A stretch of DNA of 48,939 nucleotides from Bdellovibrio sp. ZAP7 (GTDB taxonomy: Bacteria > Bdellovibrionota > UBA1018). Below the pieces are notes generated by a model. That model was not told where the DNA came from and made no database searches. It saw only the letters and a program-made list of their open reading frames with translations. A program made the translations under genes and the position numbers. Each line of letters starts with the position of its first letter. Positions within the stretch are counted from its first letter, which is position 1. Below, in pieces: positions 16,088-25,179 of the stretch. The stretch covers positions 1-48,939 of the forward strand of contig CAMBEX010000001.1 in the NCBI GenBank assembly GCA_945865865.1. Reading direction: 5' to 3'.

Positions 16088-16951
16088 TTACGCGGCCTTT
16101 TTACCAGCTCCGGAGGTTGCTTTATCGACTTCCTCAAAGCTTGGGCGCGCTCCATCAGGAACGTTTCGGCGAGCAAACTCGACGCAAACTTTCGGCGAGC
16201 AGTTTTTGGCATAGGCGATCAGCGCTGCTTTGATCACGATGAAAAATTTGCCGTTTTCCTGGTTGACCGCCTCCATCTTCGCCGAAAGAGGCTGCATGAA
16301 TCCGTAAGAAAGCAAAATTCCGATAAACGTTCCCACGAGAGCGGCGGCAACGCTGTTACCGATGACTTCTTTTCCTTCGGTCAACTTACCCATCGTGTGA
16401 ACGACGCCGAGAACGGCGGCCACGATTCCGAGACCTGGCATTGCGTCACCGACTTTTGCGACCATGCCGGGCGCATGAGCCTCGCCTTCATGAATCACCG
16501 TGATGTCGGCGTCCATGAGATCTTCTAAATCGTAAGGGCTCATGGGAGCGCTAATTTGGACTTTCAGTGTGTCGCAGAGAAAGTGGACTGCGTGATGGTT
16601 GTGAAGAATGCCCGGATAGCGTTTAAAGATTTCGCTGGTATCGGGTTTTTCGATGTGAGGCTCAAGGGAGAGCGGATTTTGTTTTGCGGTCTTACAAAGT
16701 TCAAAGAGGAGCAACAAGAGTTCGAGGTACTGCTCTTTTCCGGTGGGTGCGCCTTTAATGGAACCCGCGATCTGTGTGAAAATGTTTTTGATTTGCTGGG
16801 GAGTGCAGGAGATCAGCATGGATCCCAGTCCCGCGCCGCCGATGATAACAAATTCGAAAGGCTGCACGAGGACGCCCAAATGCCCGCCCGCAGCGGCATA
16901 GCCCCCGAACACGCTTAGAATCACGACGATGGCGCCTACGATGACTAACAT
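16088..16951 (-). CDS. motA: flagellar motor stator protein MotA
   Basis: MLVIVGAIVVILSVFGGY..., PGLGIVAAVLGVVHTMG, ALVGTFIGILLSYGF: MotA/TolQ/ExbB proton-channel signatures. The gene lies 2 nt upstream of motB. The ATG at 16951 is chosen because the longer listed ORF (to 17158) would overlap the PBP1A gene. Confidence 0.9.
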   Translation of the reverse strand: MLVIVGAIVVILSVFGGYAAAGGHLGVLVQPFEFVIIGGAGLGSMLISCTPQQIKNIFTQIAGSIKGAPTGKEQYLELLLLLFELCKTAKQNPLSLEPHIEKPDTSEIFKRYPGILHNHHAVHFLCDTLKVQISAPMSPYDLEDLMDADITVIHEGEAHAPGMVAKVGDAMPGLGIVAAVLGVVHTMGKLTEGKEVIGNSVAAALVGTFIGILLSYGFMQPLSAKMEAVNQENGKFFIVIKAALIAYAKNCSPKVCVEFARRNVPDGARPSFEEVDKATSGAGKKAA

Positions 16952-17066
16952 GGAGTTTGCCGTACCTCTCTTGAGACGTTTCGCCGTTTTTAGGTAAAGA
17001 CATGAGAGGATTTCACATTCGTTGAATAAATTCCTTGTCGCAGGGCGGCATGCACAAAATGCAGGC

Positions 17067-19481
17067 TTAAATCGCGTGCGAAACGGGAACAGACGCAGGC
17101 CACTCGGAATCGCAGGTGCTGGTCTTGGGTTCGCGTCCAAGGATGTATTTTTCCACAAGAATTTGTGCGTCCGGGCAGTCCGGCGAGGCAGCCTGGCCTG
17201 TGTGGCGGTCGATGCGAATGGACCCTAAGTGTGGGCTGAGCGGAAACGGGATCGGGGGCTCGCCCTCGAGTGCTTCGTTCATGAAAGAAACCCAGATCGG
17301 GAGGGCAGCCCCGGAGCCGGTTAATATCGACTTGGGTGACTTTTTTTGGCGGGGCTCGGGCGCCTCTTGGGGAGACTGTTGATCCATTCCGACCCAGACC
17401 ACAGTAGTGAGCTGTGGGGTGTAGCCGGCAAACCAGGCATCGCGATGGTGGCTGGTGGTGCCCGTTTTTCCGGCAGCAGGGCGATCAAAGCCCAAGTGAG
17501 CAGCTCCTAGGGCGGTGCCCTCCTGAAAAACGCTCGTCATGAGGTCCGTCAATAAATCAACGGGCGCCGGATCGGTCACCATTTTGGGGTGATAGACAAA
17601 GCGTGCAAACTGGCTGCCGTCATCATGGGAGATTCCCCGAATGACCGTGAGTTCGTCGAGCACCCCATGATTGGCAAGCGCCGCATAAGCGCGAAGAAGT
17701 TCCACGGGAGAGAGTTCGGCCACTCCGAGTGCGAGTGAGGGTACAGCCGGAAGGTGCGACTCAATGCCCAGTGCACGTGCGGTGTTGATGATGTTCTCCG
17801 GCCCGACATCCCAACCTACTTTGGCGGCGACGGTATTGACCGAGTGGGCGAGGCTTTGCCGCAGTGGAATCCAGCCTTTAAATTCGTTTTCGTAATTTTT
17901 GGGAGACCACGTTTGCTTTCCGTGGTCGTAGTGCAGCGTCCAGGCCGAGTCCTCAGTCGGATAGCCTGGCCCGTACTGAATTCCGTTTCGATCCTGCCCC
18001 TTTTGCAGTGCCGCTAAATAAGCGATGGGCTTGAAGGTCGAACCTACCTGGCGCTTCATGTTCAAGATGCGATTGAAAGTGGAATCGGCGTAACTTCGAC
18101 CGCCGACGAGAGAGCGGATCACTCCTGTGGAATGGTCCACGCTCGCAAGCGCGGCCTCGAGTCGCGGTGAACCCGGAAGTTTCTTTTCGAGTGAAGCAAC
18201 TCCTTGCGAAACCGCGCGCTGGGCGGCGTTGTTCATGGTGATGTCGAGCGTTGTGTAAACGCGAAGGCCCGCTTCCGAAACTTCCTCCTCACCCATCTGA
18301 TCTTTGAGATGCCGAATCAGCTCGGCCTTAACAAAATCCACAAAATAAGGCGCTTTATTGGCCACCGTTTGCGGGGGGGCCAGTCGAATAGGGAGTTTCT
18401 CGGCATCGCTTGCCTCGGTTGCCGCGATTTTTCCGGTCTCCACCATCTTTTTTAGGACCAGTCGCTGGCGCTCAATCGCACGCTCGTTCTGGCGATAAGG
18501 AGAGTAAAAACCGGGACCGCGAATCAGTCCCGCCATGAGCGCGATTTCACCGAGATTAAGATCATCGAGCCGTTTTGCGAAAAAATGTTTCGCGCCTTCG
18601 GCCACCCCGTGAATTTCGAGATTTCCAATTTGCCCCAGATAAACTTCGTTTAAATAGCGCTCAAGGATTTCTTCTTTGTCGTACTTCATCTCAAGAAGCA
18701 TCGCCAAAAACACTTCATTGATTTTCTGAGCGATGTTCTTGGTTCGGCGGGCCATGAGATTTTTTACGAGCTGTTGGGTGATGGTGCTCCCGCCCTGAGC
18801 CAGTCGCATCGACTTCAAGTTGACCCAAATGGCGCGGGCGATTCCGCGCGGATCCAAACCGTGATGATCAAGAAAATGCTGATCTTCGATCGCGATGATG
18901 GCTTGCCAGACAGGGGCCGGAATCTGGTCAAATCGAAGCCACTCACGAACTTGTTTTTTTGTCTGAACTCCTGCGCCGCCGCTTGAAGACGATCTCCCCA
19001 GTGTGGCGACGAGTTCGGGCTCGAGAAAAATCTCCGCGACTTCTTCGGCCTCGATGGCGACGGATTGTAATAGGCTGTCACTTCCTTTTCCGTCAAAGAG
19101 CAAAGTGATCGGCGACTGTGCGGCGGCAGCCTCAATCGTAGGATGCCCTTCGGGCAGTAGGTACTCTGGGTAATTGATGGTGTGGAGTTGGATTGTCAGC
19201 GCGAGACCCTCGTCACGCACGGAAGCAGAGGCCTGATAACCCAAGGCTCTGAGTCGCTCTTCGATTTTTGATTTTTGCTGGGGGGGCGCGATCCTATGGA
19301 CGTCCGAAAAAATTCGGGTGGGAATGAACTGGTCCTGCTGCGAGAAAGCCTGCTCCATTTGCCGGTAGAGCATACCGAGGTAGCCGCCCATGGCGGCGAT
19401 CCCGCCGATGGCGGCAAAAAACGCGAGTGAGAAAATGACTACTCCGGATTGGGATTTTGTTCGTTTCGCGCCGCGCTGCAT
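17067..19481 (-). CDS. mrcA: penicillin-binding protein 1A (bifunctional glycosyltransferase/transpeptidase)
   Basis: GT51 motifs IAIEDQHFLDHHGLD, GGSTITQQLVKN, RKINE-like KINEVFLA. Transpeptidase motifs STFKP, SVN, KTGTT. N-terminal membrane anchor. Confidence 0.92.
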   Translation of the reverse strand: MQRGAKRTKSQSGVVIFSLAFFAAIGGIAAMGGYLGMLYRQMEQAFSQQDQFIPTRIFSDVHRIAPPQQKSKIEERLRALGYQASASVRDEGLALTIQLHTINYPEYLLPEGHPTIEAAAAQSPITLLFDGKGSDSLLQSVAIEAEEVAEIFLEPELVATLGRSSSSGGAGVQTKKQVREWLRFDQIPAPVWQAIIAIEDQHFLDHHGLDPRGIARAIWVNLKSMRLAQGGSTITQQLVKNLMARRTKNIAQKINEVFLAMLLEMKYDKEEILERYLNEVYLGQIGNLEIHGVAEGAKHFFAKRLDDLNLGEIALMAGLIRGPGFYSPYRQNERAIERQRLVLKKMVETGKIAATEASDAEKLPIRLAPPQTVANKAPYFVDFVKAELIRHLKDQMGEEEVSEAGLRVYTTLDITMNNAAQRAVSQGVASLEKKLPGSPRLEAALASVDHSTGVIRSLVGGRSYADSTFNRILNMKRQVGSTFKPIAYLAALQKGQDRNGIQYGPGYPTEDSAWTLHYDHGKQTWSPKNYENEFKGWIPLRQSLAHSVNTVAAKVGWDVGPENIINTARALGIESHLPAVPSLALGVAELSPVELLRAYAALANHGVLDELTVIRGISHDDGSQFARFVYHPKMVTDPAPVDLLTDLMTSVFQEGTALGAAHLGFDRPAAGKTGTTSHHRDAWFAGYTPQLTTVVWVGMDQQSPQEAPEPRQKKSPKSILTGSGAALPIWVSFMNEALEGEPPIPFPLSPHLGSIRIDRHTGQAASPDCPDAQILVEKYILGREPKTSTCDSEWPASVPVSHAI

Positions 19482-19673
19482 CTGAGGTTAATCTCCTTGA
19501 CGGACTTCAAGGTACTCACTAAAACGAGCATATTCTTGCTTTTATCTCAAGTACATACGCTCGTTAGGAGTGTACGCGTGCGGAGACTCCCATCGTGTGT
19601 TGGTTCGAGTGTGGGGGAATTCGCGAGTGAGCGGCTTGAGCAACTCAAATGGGCATCACCTAGGGGGCGTCTC

Positions 19674-21146
19674 GTGAAAGTTCTGAAACAACATTGTGTG
19701 ATTGCGTGGGGAATTGGGCTGCTTGTTTTTGCTGCCAGCGTTCAGTCGGCGCAGGCGTTGGATTTGGATTGGTCCGGGCAGTTTCGCGCGGAGGCACACC
19801 GGGTTGGCAATTACACTTTGAGTGATACGAATACTTCGACAGATCCCAGTAGAGATGACGAGGGCGGATATTACGTTCCGGGCGGTGGGAGTTCGACTTC
19901 AAACTTTCAGTCACTCTTTGTACGACTTCAGCCTAAGGCGATTGTGAACGACAACGTCACTCTCAAATCTGAGTTTTGGCTGGGAAACCCTGTGTTTGGT
20001 GTTTTTGGCGATGCGGCTCCACAGACCTCCGATCAACAGCACTACTATTCTACTTTCTCGAGCGGATCATCGTTTAGCGCGCAGAGATTTTGGGGTGAGT
20101 TTACCACCGACTTCGGTACCGTGCATGTCGGACGAGCGCCGCTTCAATGGGGTTTGGGCTTGGTTTGGAACAGCGGCGACGGAGTGTGGGATCGCTATCA
20201 ATCGACGGGTGACGTGATTCGCGCGGTTTCAAAATTTGGCGCCTTTTCTTTCATTCCTTCGATCGTGAAGTATTCGGCGGGTAACAACCTCGGAGGAGGC
20301 GCAATCGGGGTTTCTGACTACGCGCTAGCGCTTCAATACGAAAATCCCGACCAGGACATGGAAGGCGGCGTAAATTTTATCCGTCGCATCGGCGGTGGGT
20401 CTAACGGCATTTTCACCGGCATCACCCCGGCACTGGATACCGTTTCTACTGTGGGTTTCAATTACACGACTTGGGATATCTACGGTCGCAAGAAGCTCGG
20501 TAAGTTTTCTTTTGCCGGTGAAGCTCCGATCTCATCCGGAACTGTGGGTCAGTTTGAGTACAGCACCTTTGCGATCGCTCTCGAAAGCGGCTACCAGATT
20601 TCTGAAAGCTGGGACGCCCATCTCAAGGCCGGTAGAGCCCCAGGTCAGGCGGGATCCTCTTCGAAGTATCGGGCCTTTTACTTTCATCCTAATTACAGGC
20701 TTGGGATGATCATGTTTAATTATCAGCTCGCAAACTTCGCAAGCAACAGTACAGCCAATGCGAGCACGGATCTTAAATCTCCATTTGATAATCCGATCAC
20801 CAACGCGAACTACCTCTCAGCTGGGGGCCAGTTTCAGTCGGACAAATGGGCGTTTCATGGTGATGTGATTTTTGCCCAGGCAAACGAAGTCGCCAAGGCG
20901 GGAGAGACCTTTTTCAACTCTTGGACTCGCACGCTGCAGACCAATGCGACGGGCCCCGCTCAGTCGGATTCGTTGGGGTGGGAATTCGATCTGGGAACGT
21001 CTCTTCAGTGGGACGACAACATTCAGTTCAAGGCTGATCTGGGCTTTTTCTTTCCCGGAGATTTTTACAAGTTTTCAAATACGTCCACTGATAATGCCGT
21101 TTCGACCGTTACTGCGGCCGTGATTGGAGTGGGAGCCAGCTTCTAA
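19674..21146 (+). CDS. putative outer-membrane beta-barrel (porin-like) protein, family not recognised
   Basis: The GTG at 19674 is preceded by an AGGGGG SD. Signal peptide VKVLKQHCVIAWGIGLLVFAASVQSAQA. Gly/aromatic-rich with alternating strands and a C-terminal ...GVGASF beta-signal ending in Phe. Confidence 0.6.
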   Translation: MKVLKQHCVIAWGIGLLVFAASVQSAQALDLDWSGQFRAEAHRVGNYTLSDTNTSTDPSRDDEGGYYVPGGGSSTSNFQSLFVRLQPKAIVNDNVTLKSEFWLGNPVFGVFGDAAPQTSDQQHYYSTFSSGSSFSAQRFWGEFTTDFGTVHVGRAPLQWGLGLVWNSGDGVWDRYQSTGDVIRAVSKFGAFSFIPSIVKYSAGNNLGGGAIGVSDYALALQYENPDQDMEGGVNFIRRIGGGSNGIFTGITPALDTVSTVGFNYTTWDIYGRKKLGKFSFAGEAPISSGTVGQFEYSTFAIALESGYQISESWDAHLKAGRAPGQAGSSSKYRAFYFHPNYRLGMIMFNYQLANFASNSTANASTDLKSPFDNPITNANYLSAGGQFQSDKWAFHGDVIFAQANEVAKAGETFFNSWTRTLQTNATGPAQSDSLGWEFDLGTSLQWDDNIQFKADLGFFFPGDFYKFSNTSTDNAVSTVTAAVIGVGASF

Positions 21147-21169
21147 CCGAAGCGCCTCTTCTTTTTGGG

Positions 21170-21751
21170 TTATTGAATAATAAACTGCGTGAAAAACACG
21201 TTGGTAACGACCGTTTCCTTGGCGAGCTGATTGGCGAGCTCCAGGATCTGGGTGCGTAGCACGTACCTGCCTTGGACGGTGGCCAGCTCGTGGAAGGGCT
21301 TTCTTCCGATCATCGAAAGCATCTTGTCCATGATGATTGGGCGCATGGGCTCGAGCAATTCTTTGTGAGAGAGATCTTTAAGTTCCAACGTAAAGCCAAT
21401 AGTGGCGTAGTGAAGCTTGCTAATCTCGGCCGGAGTGTCTTCTTGGATTTCGGATCCGCTGGCCGGATGGGGAGTGTTTTGTGCGATATTGATGGTCACA
21501 GGCTCAAAGACCATCTCGCTGGGAATGTGGTTGGCTTCTTTCTTTTCTTGGAGCTTGGCGATTCTTTCGCGCTCGGCATCTTCGGTGATGGGCGGGCGTT
21601 TAAACAGAATTCGCGTATAGACCAGGGATCCTGCCGCAGCTAAGACGACCAGCACATTGACGAGGGCCAAAATGAGGGGCCCTTTTGGGGGCTTAGGCCC
21701 GGCGTCTTTTGCGCCTTCGGTCGAAGCTTTCTTTTCTTTTTCTTCAGCCAT
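21170..21751 (-). CDS. fliL: flagellar basal-body-associated protein FliL
   Basis: Lys/Glu-rich N-terminus, a single TM (LILALVNVLVVLAAAGSLVY), then the FliL domain ending ...VVTNVFFTQFIIQ. Confidence 0.8.
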   Translation of the reverse strand: MAEEKEKKASTEGAKDAGPKPPKGPLILALVNVLVVLAAAGSLVYTRILFKRPPITEDAERERIAKLQEKKEANHIPSEMVFEPVTINIAQNTPHPASGSEIQEDTPAEISKLHYATIGFTLELKDLSHKELLEPMRPIIMDKMLSMIGRKPFHELATVQGRYVLRTQILELANQLAKETVVTNVFFTQFIIQ

Positions 21752-21785
21752 GCCCACCTAGTGTATCGGGCAGAGGCAGAATTGT

Positions 21786-22130
21786 TCAATAATCGTTTTT
21801 AAAGCCTTCGCGGAAACTTTCGTATTCCTCTTCGAGGCTAAGATCGCCCTGGTCGTCGCATTCCACCTCTGTGCCGCTCAGTTCACAGCGTCTCAACATA
21901 CAGTCCGTGCGGAGCTCGCCGGTCAAGCCGAGGTCCATCAACTCATTGAACCCCGGAAGTTTACGGTTTTTGCAAATGGCTCGGCTCCCATTGGGGCCGT
22001 TTGCGGCGTCCCAGCCGAGAGCGGCTTCAGGAGTGGTCGCGCAGGACGAAATCAGAAAAAAAACGGGTAATACACCTCCGAAAAGAAGCGCATTACCCGG
22101 ATTAAAAGTGGTCAGCAGCTTATTAGACAC
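21786..22130 (-). CDS. small Cys-rich putative lipoprotein
   Basis: Lipobox FFLISSC after a hydrophobic stretch. Four further Cys residues lie in the mature part (AIC, TDC, RRC, VEC). The only plausible start after the ald coding region is the GTG at 22130, which overlaps the ald stop by 8 nt. The start is uncertain. Confidence 0.5.
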   Translation of the reverse strand: MSNKLLTTFNPGNALLFGGVLPVFFLISSCATTPEAALGWDAANGPNGSRAICKNRKLPGFNELMDLGLTGELRTDCMLRRCELSGTEVECDDQGDLSLEEEYESFREGFKNDY

Positions 22131-23229
22131 GCACCGGTTCGAAAGGCAGCCCCAAGTCATCGGCCACTTGTTTGTAGGCAACCTTGCCGTTGAGGATATT
22201 GACGCCCTTTCGGAGTGCCTCATCCTTGCCTACAGCAGCCTGCCAACCCATGTTGGCAATCATGAGCGCGTACTTGAGAGTCACGTTCGTGAGCGCGTAA
22301 GTTGAGGTGCGTGGCACAGCTCCCGGCATATTTGGGACCGCGTAATGAATCACCCCGTCTACGGAGTAGGTCGGATGTTCGTGGCTGGTTGGGCGGCAGG
22401 TTTCTACCGAGCCACCTTGGTCGACAGCAACGTCCACAACCACCGAGCCCGCTTGCATCTTGGAAATCATCTCGCGGGTGACGAGCTTGGGAGCTTTGGC
22501 TCCCGGAACAAGCACTGCACCAATCACGAGATCAGCGGTGGTCACCGCTTTTTCGATTTGTTCGTTATTGGAGTAGAGCGTGGTGATCTCATTTCCAAAG
22601 ATATCTGAAATGTAATCGAGGCGATGAACATTGACGTCCAGCATGGTCACTCTCGCGCCCAAGCCCACTGCCATTTTCGCCGAATTGATTCCGACGACTC
22701 CGCCACCTAGAATCACGACGTGAGCGCGGTCCACGCCGGTAACGCCGCCGAGGAGCATTCCTTTTCCACCGTGATCATGTTGCAGATAGGTAGCGCCGAT
22801 TTGCGTGGCCATTCGTCCTGCCACTGCGCTCATGGGAGCGAGAAGCGGGAGAGATCCGTCGCTCGGCTGAATGGTTTCGTAGGCAATTCCGACGATTTTT
22901 CGTTCCATGAGAGCCTTCGTGAGGCGCTCGTCGGCAGCAAGATGGAGGTAGGTGTAAAGAATCTGTCCTTCGCGAAGCAAAGGATACTCTTCAGGGAGGG
23001 GTTCCTTGACCTTGACGATCATGTCGGACTTTTCGAAAATTTCGCGGGAGCCTTCGAGAATGGTTGCGCCTGCTTTGCGATAGTCGTCGTCGCCAATTCC
23101 AACGCCAATTCCAGCATTGTGCTGAACGAGGACTTTGTGTCCGGCTTGGGTCAGGGCCCGAACTCCGGCAATGACCATTCCAACTCGGTTTTCTTTATTT
23201 TTGATTTCCTTAGGTACGCCTACGATCAT
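22123..23229 (-). CDS. ald: alanine dehydrogenase
   Basis: MIVGVPKEIKNKENRVGM..., the NAD fold VVILGGGVVGINSAKMAVGLGARVTMLD, and ...VDVAVDQGG are typical Ald/PNT signatures. Confidence 0.92.
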   Translation of the reverse strand: MIVGVPKEIKNKENRVGMVIAGVRALTQAGHKVLVQHNAGIGVGIGDDDYRKAGATILEGSREIFEKSDMIVKVKEPLPEEYPLLREGQILYTYLHLAADERLTKALMERKIVGIAYETIQPSDGSLPLLAPMSAVAGRMATQIGATYLQHDHGGKGMLLGGVTGVDRAHVVILGGGVVGINSAKMAVGLGARVTMLDVNVHRLDYISDIFGNEITTLYSNNEQIEKAVTTADLVIGAVLVPGAKAPKLVTREMISKMQAGSVVVDVAVDQGGSVETCRPTSHEHPTYSVDGVIHYAVPNMPGAVPRTSTYALTNVTLKYALMIANMGWQAAVGKDEALRKGVNILNGKVAYKQVADDLGLPFEPVRV

Positions 23230-23245
23230 TTTCTTACTCCTGGGA

Positions 23246-24055
23246 TCATTTCCCCGATGCCTGTGCGCGGATTTTTAAACCATCGTACGCGAGGGACACT
23301 CCCTTCGGGAGCTTTTTAGCCCATTTCGCGTACTCGAATTCATGCCCTAAGTGCGTTAAATACGTCTTTTTGGGCTTAAGCCGACTGACTGTCTCCAGTG
23401 CCTGATCCAGATTAAAGTGAGTGCCGTGTTTCTCGAGCCGCAAGCAGTCGAGTACCAAAACGGAAAGCCCTTTGAGCCGATCAAGCGAGTTTTCAGGGAT
23501 ATAGCTGCAATCGGTGATGTAGGCAACGGATTCGATTCGGTAACCGAGGCACTCTCGGGAGCCGTGCTGGACTGAAATCGGAACCACCGGAACCCCTTGG
23601 ACTCTCAGGGTTTTTTTTGGGGAATAGTCTGCCGCGTAAATCCGGTTGGCCAGCAATTGGGGTGCCCCCCCACCTTCTGACGTGTGATTATCAAAGATAT
23701 AAGAAAACCGCTGGGTCAGCTCATCCATGGCCCAATCATTTCCAAAAATCGGAATGGGCGCTTGCTGGAGAAAATTATAGCTCCGGAGTTCGTCAATGCC
23801 ATGGACGTGATCCGAGTGGGGGTGGGTGTAGAGGACCGCATCGACCTGTGAAATCTTGTTTCGCAGTGCCTGCTGCCTCAGGTCGGTGGAGGTATCGATG
23901 AGGATACTCTTTCCCCGGTACTGCAGCCAGGCTGAGGCGCGGAGTCGCTGGTTCTTAGGATCCTTCGAGCGGCAAACGCGGCATGGACATCGGATGAGCG
24001 GCACGCCGCTGGAGGTTCCACAACCAAGGATAGTGAGATGTACAGTGCTGGGCAT
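23246..24055 (-). CDS. MBL-fold metallo-hydrolase (PhnP-like)
   Basis: ILGCGTSSGVP...C..C.VC N-terminal Cys cluster and the HPHSDHVHG metallo-beta-lactamase motif. Confidence 0.8.
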   Translation of the reverse strand: MPSTVHLTILGCGTSSGVPLIRCPCRVCRSKDPKNQRLRASAWLQYRGKSILIDTSTDLRQQALRNKISQVDAVLYTHPHSDHVHGIDELRSYNFLQQAPIPIFGNDWAMDELTQRFSYIFDNHTSEGGGAPQLLANRIYAADYSPKKTLRVQGVPVVPISVQHGSRECLGYRIESVAYITDCSYIPENSLDRLKGLSVLVLDCLRLEKHGTHFNLDQALETVSRLKPKKTYLTHLGHEFEYAKWAKKLPKGVSLAYDGLKIRAQASGK

Positions 24056-24159
24056 TTCGAAAACAAATCATGGTCCAGTCAGGTCCGTTCGCGCAACCCT
24101 GAATGCTTGAGCCGCGAAGCTAGATCGTAGGCGGGGACTGAGTTAGACTTCCAGAAGTC

Positions 24160-25179
24160 ATGAAAGCTTTGGTTACGGGCGCAAGCGGTTTTGTGGGTAG
24201 TCATTTGGCGGAACGCTTGGCCGCGCAAGGCTTTGAAGTCTTCGCGCTGATGCGAAAAACCTCCCAGGACAGAAATTTATCGGCCGTCCCTCATCGGCGG
24301 ATCGAAGGCAGCCTTTCAGATGAGGCCTCGTTGCGTCGAGCGGTTGAGGGAATGGACTTTGTTTTTCATGTCGCCGGAGCCATTCAAGCGTCAGGGAGAG
24401 ATGCATTTTTTGAAAGCAATGGTGAGGGAACCCGTCGACTCGTTGAAGCGACTGCAGCCCATTCGTCAGGGCTCAGGCGGTTTGTTTATGTTTCGAGTCT
24501 AGCCGCCGGTGGGCCGGGAGATGGCAAACAGGCCCGCGACGAGAGCCATCTCGACCAGCCGGTTTCAAATTACGGCGAAAGCAAACGTCAAGGTGAGCTC
24601 GAGTTACTTAAGTTTCGCGATCAATTACCCGTGGTCATTGTGAGGCCACCCGTCGTTTACGGCCCGCGTGACCGAGGGATGTTTGTGATCGCTCGGACAG
24701 TTTCGCACGGTCTTATGCCGCTTCCGCCGTCAGGATCCCCCGATCGAAAAAAATATTACAGCGTCGTTCACGTCGCAGATCTTGTCGAGGGGATCATTTT
24801 GGCTGCGACGGCTCCATCGGACGCATTTGCCTCAGGCGAAGTTTTTTATCTTTCGGGAGACGGAGTTCATCATTACGAAGAAATGCTGCAAGCGATGGCG
24901 GAACCTTTAGGCGTGCGGCCGTGGAAGTTTGGAGTGCCCAAAATCGCCCTCGTGGTCGCGGCCCACGGGCTTTCTTGGGTAAGCTCGCTGACTGGAAAAA
25001 AATTCGCGCTCAGCCGAGACAAGTTGAATGAGATTCTTCCAGATTATTGGGTGTGCTCGAACGAAAAAGCTAAAACCAAATTGGGTTTTTTACCTCGAGT
25101 TTCCTTGAAAGAGGGAATGCGTGAAACCATAGCCTGGTATCGTGAGCACGGATGGTTGAATGCGGGAGGCGTGAGGTGA
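24160..25179 (+). CDS. NAD-dependent epimerase/dehydratase (extended SDR)
   Basis: Rossmann motif KALVTGASGFVGSHLAERL and the YGESK (YxxxK) catalytic motif. Confidence 0.85.
   Translation: MKALVTGASGFVGSHLAERLAAQGFEVFALMRKTSQDRNLSAVPHRRIEGSLSDEASLRRAVEGMDFVFHVAGAIQASGRDAFFESNGEGTRRLVEATAAHSSGLRRFVYVSSLAAGGPGDGKQARDESHLDQPVSNYGESKRQGELELLKFRDQLPVVIVRPPVVYGPRDRGMFVIARTVSHGLMPLPPSGSPDRKKYYSVVHVADLVEGIILAATAPSDAFASGEVFYLSGDGVHHYEEMLQAMAEPLGVRPWKFGVPKIALVVAAHGLSWVSSLTGKKFALSRDKLNEILPDYWVCSNEKAKTKLGFLPRVSLKEGMRETIAWYREHGWLNAGGVR

Noticed and set aside
16952-17158. N-terminal extension of the motA ORF (listed start 17158).
   Set aside because: The extension overlaps the 3' end of the PBP1A gene by about 90 nt and has a non-MotA, Arg/Pro/Cys-rich sequence. 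MotA homologues begin at the MLVIVGAIVV... membrane segment (ATG 16951).
19449-19673. N-terminal extension of the outer-membrane protein ORF (listed start 19449).
   Set aside because: It would overlap the divergent PBP1A start, and the extension has no signal-peptide character. A GTG at 19674 with an AGGGGG SD gives a canonical signal peptide.
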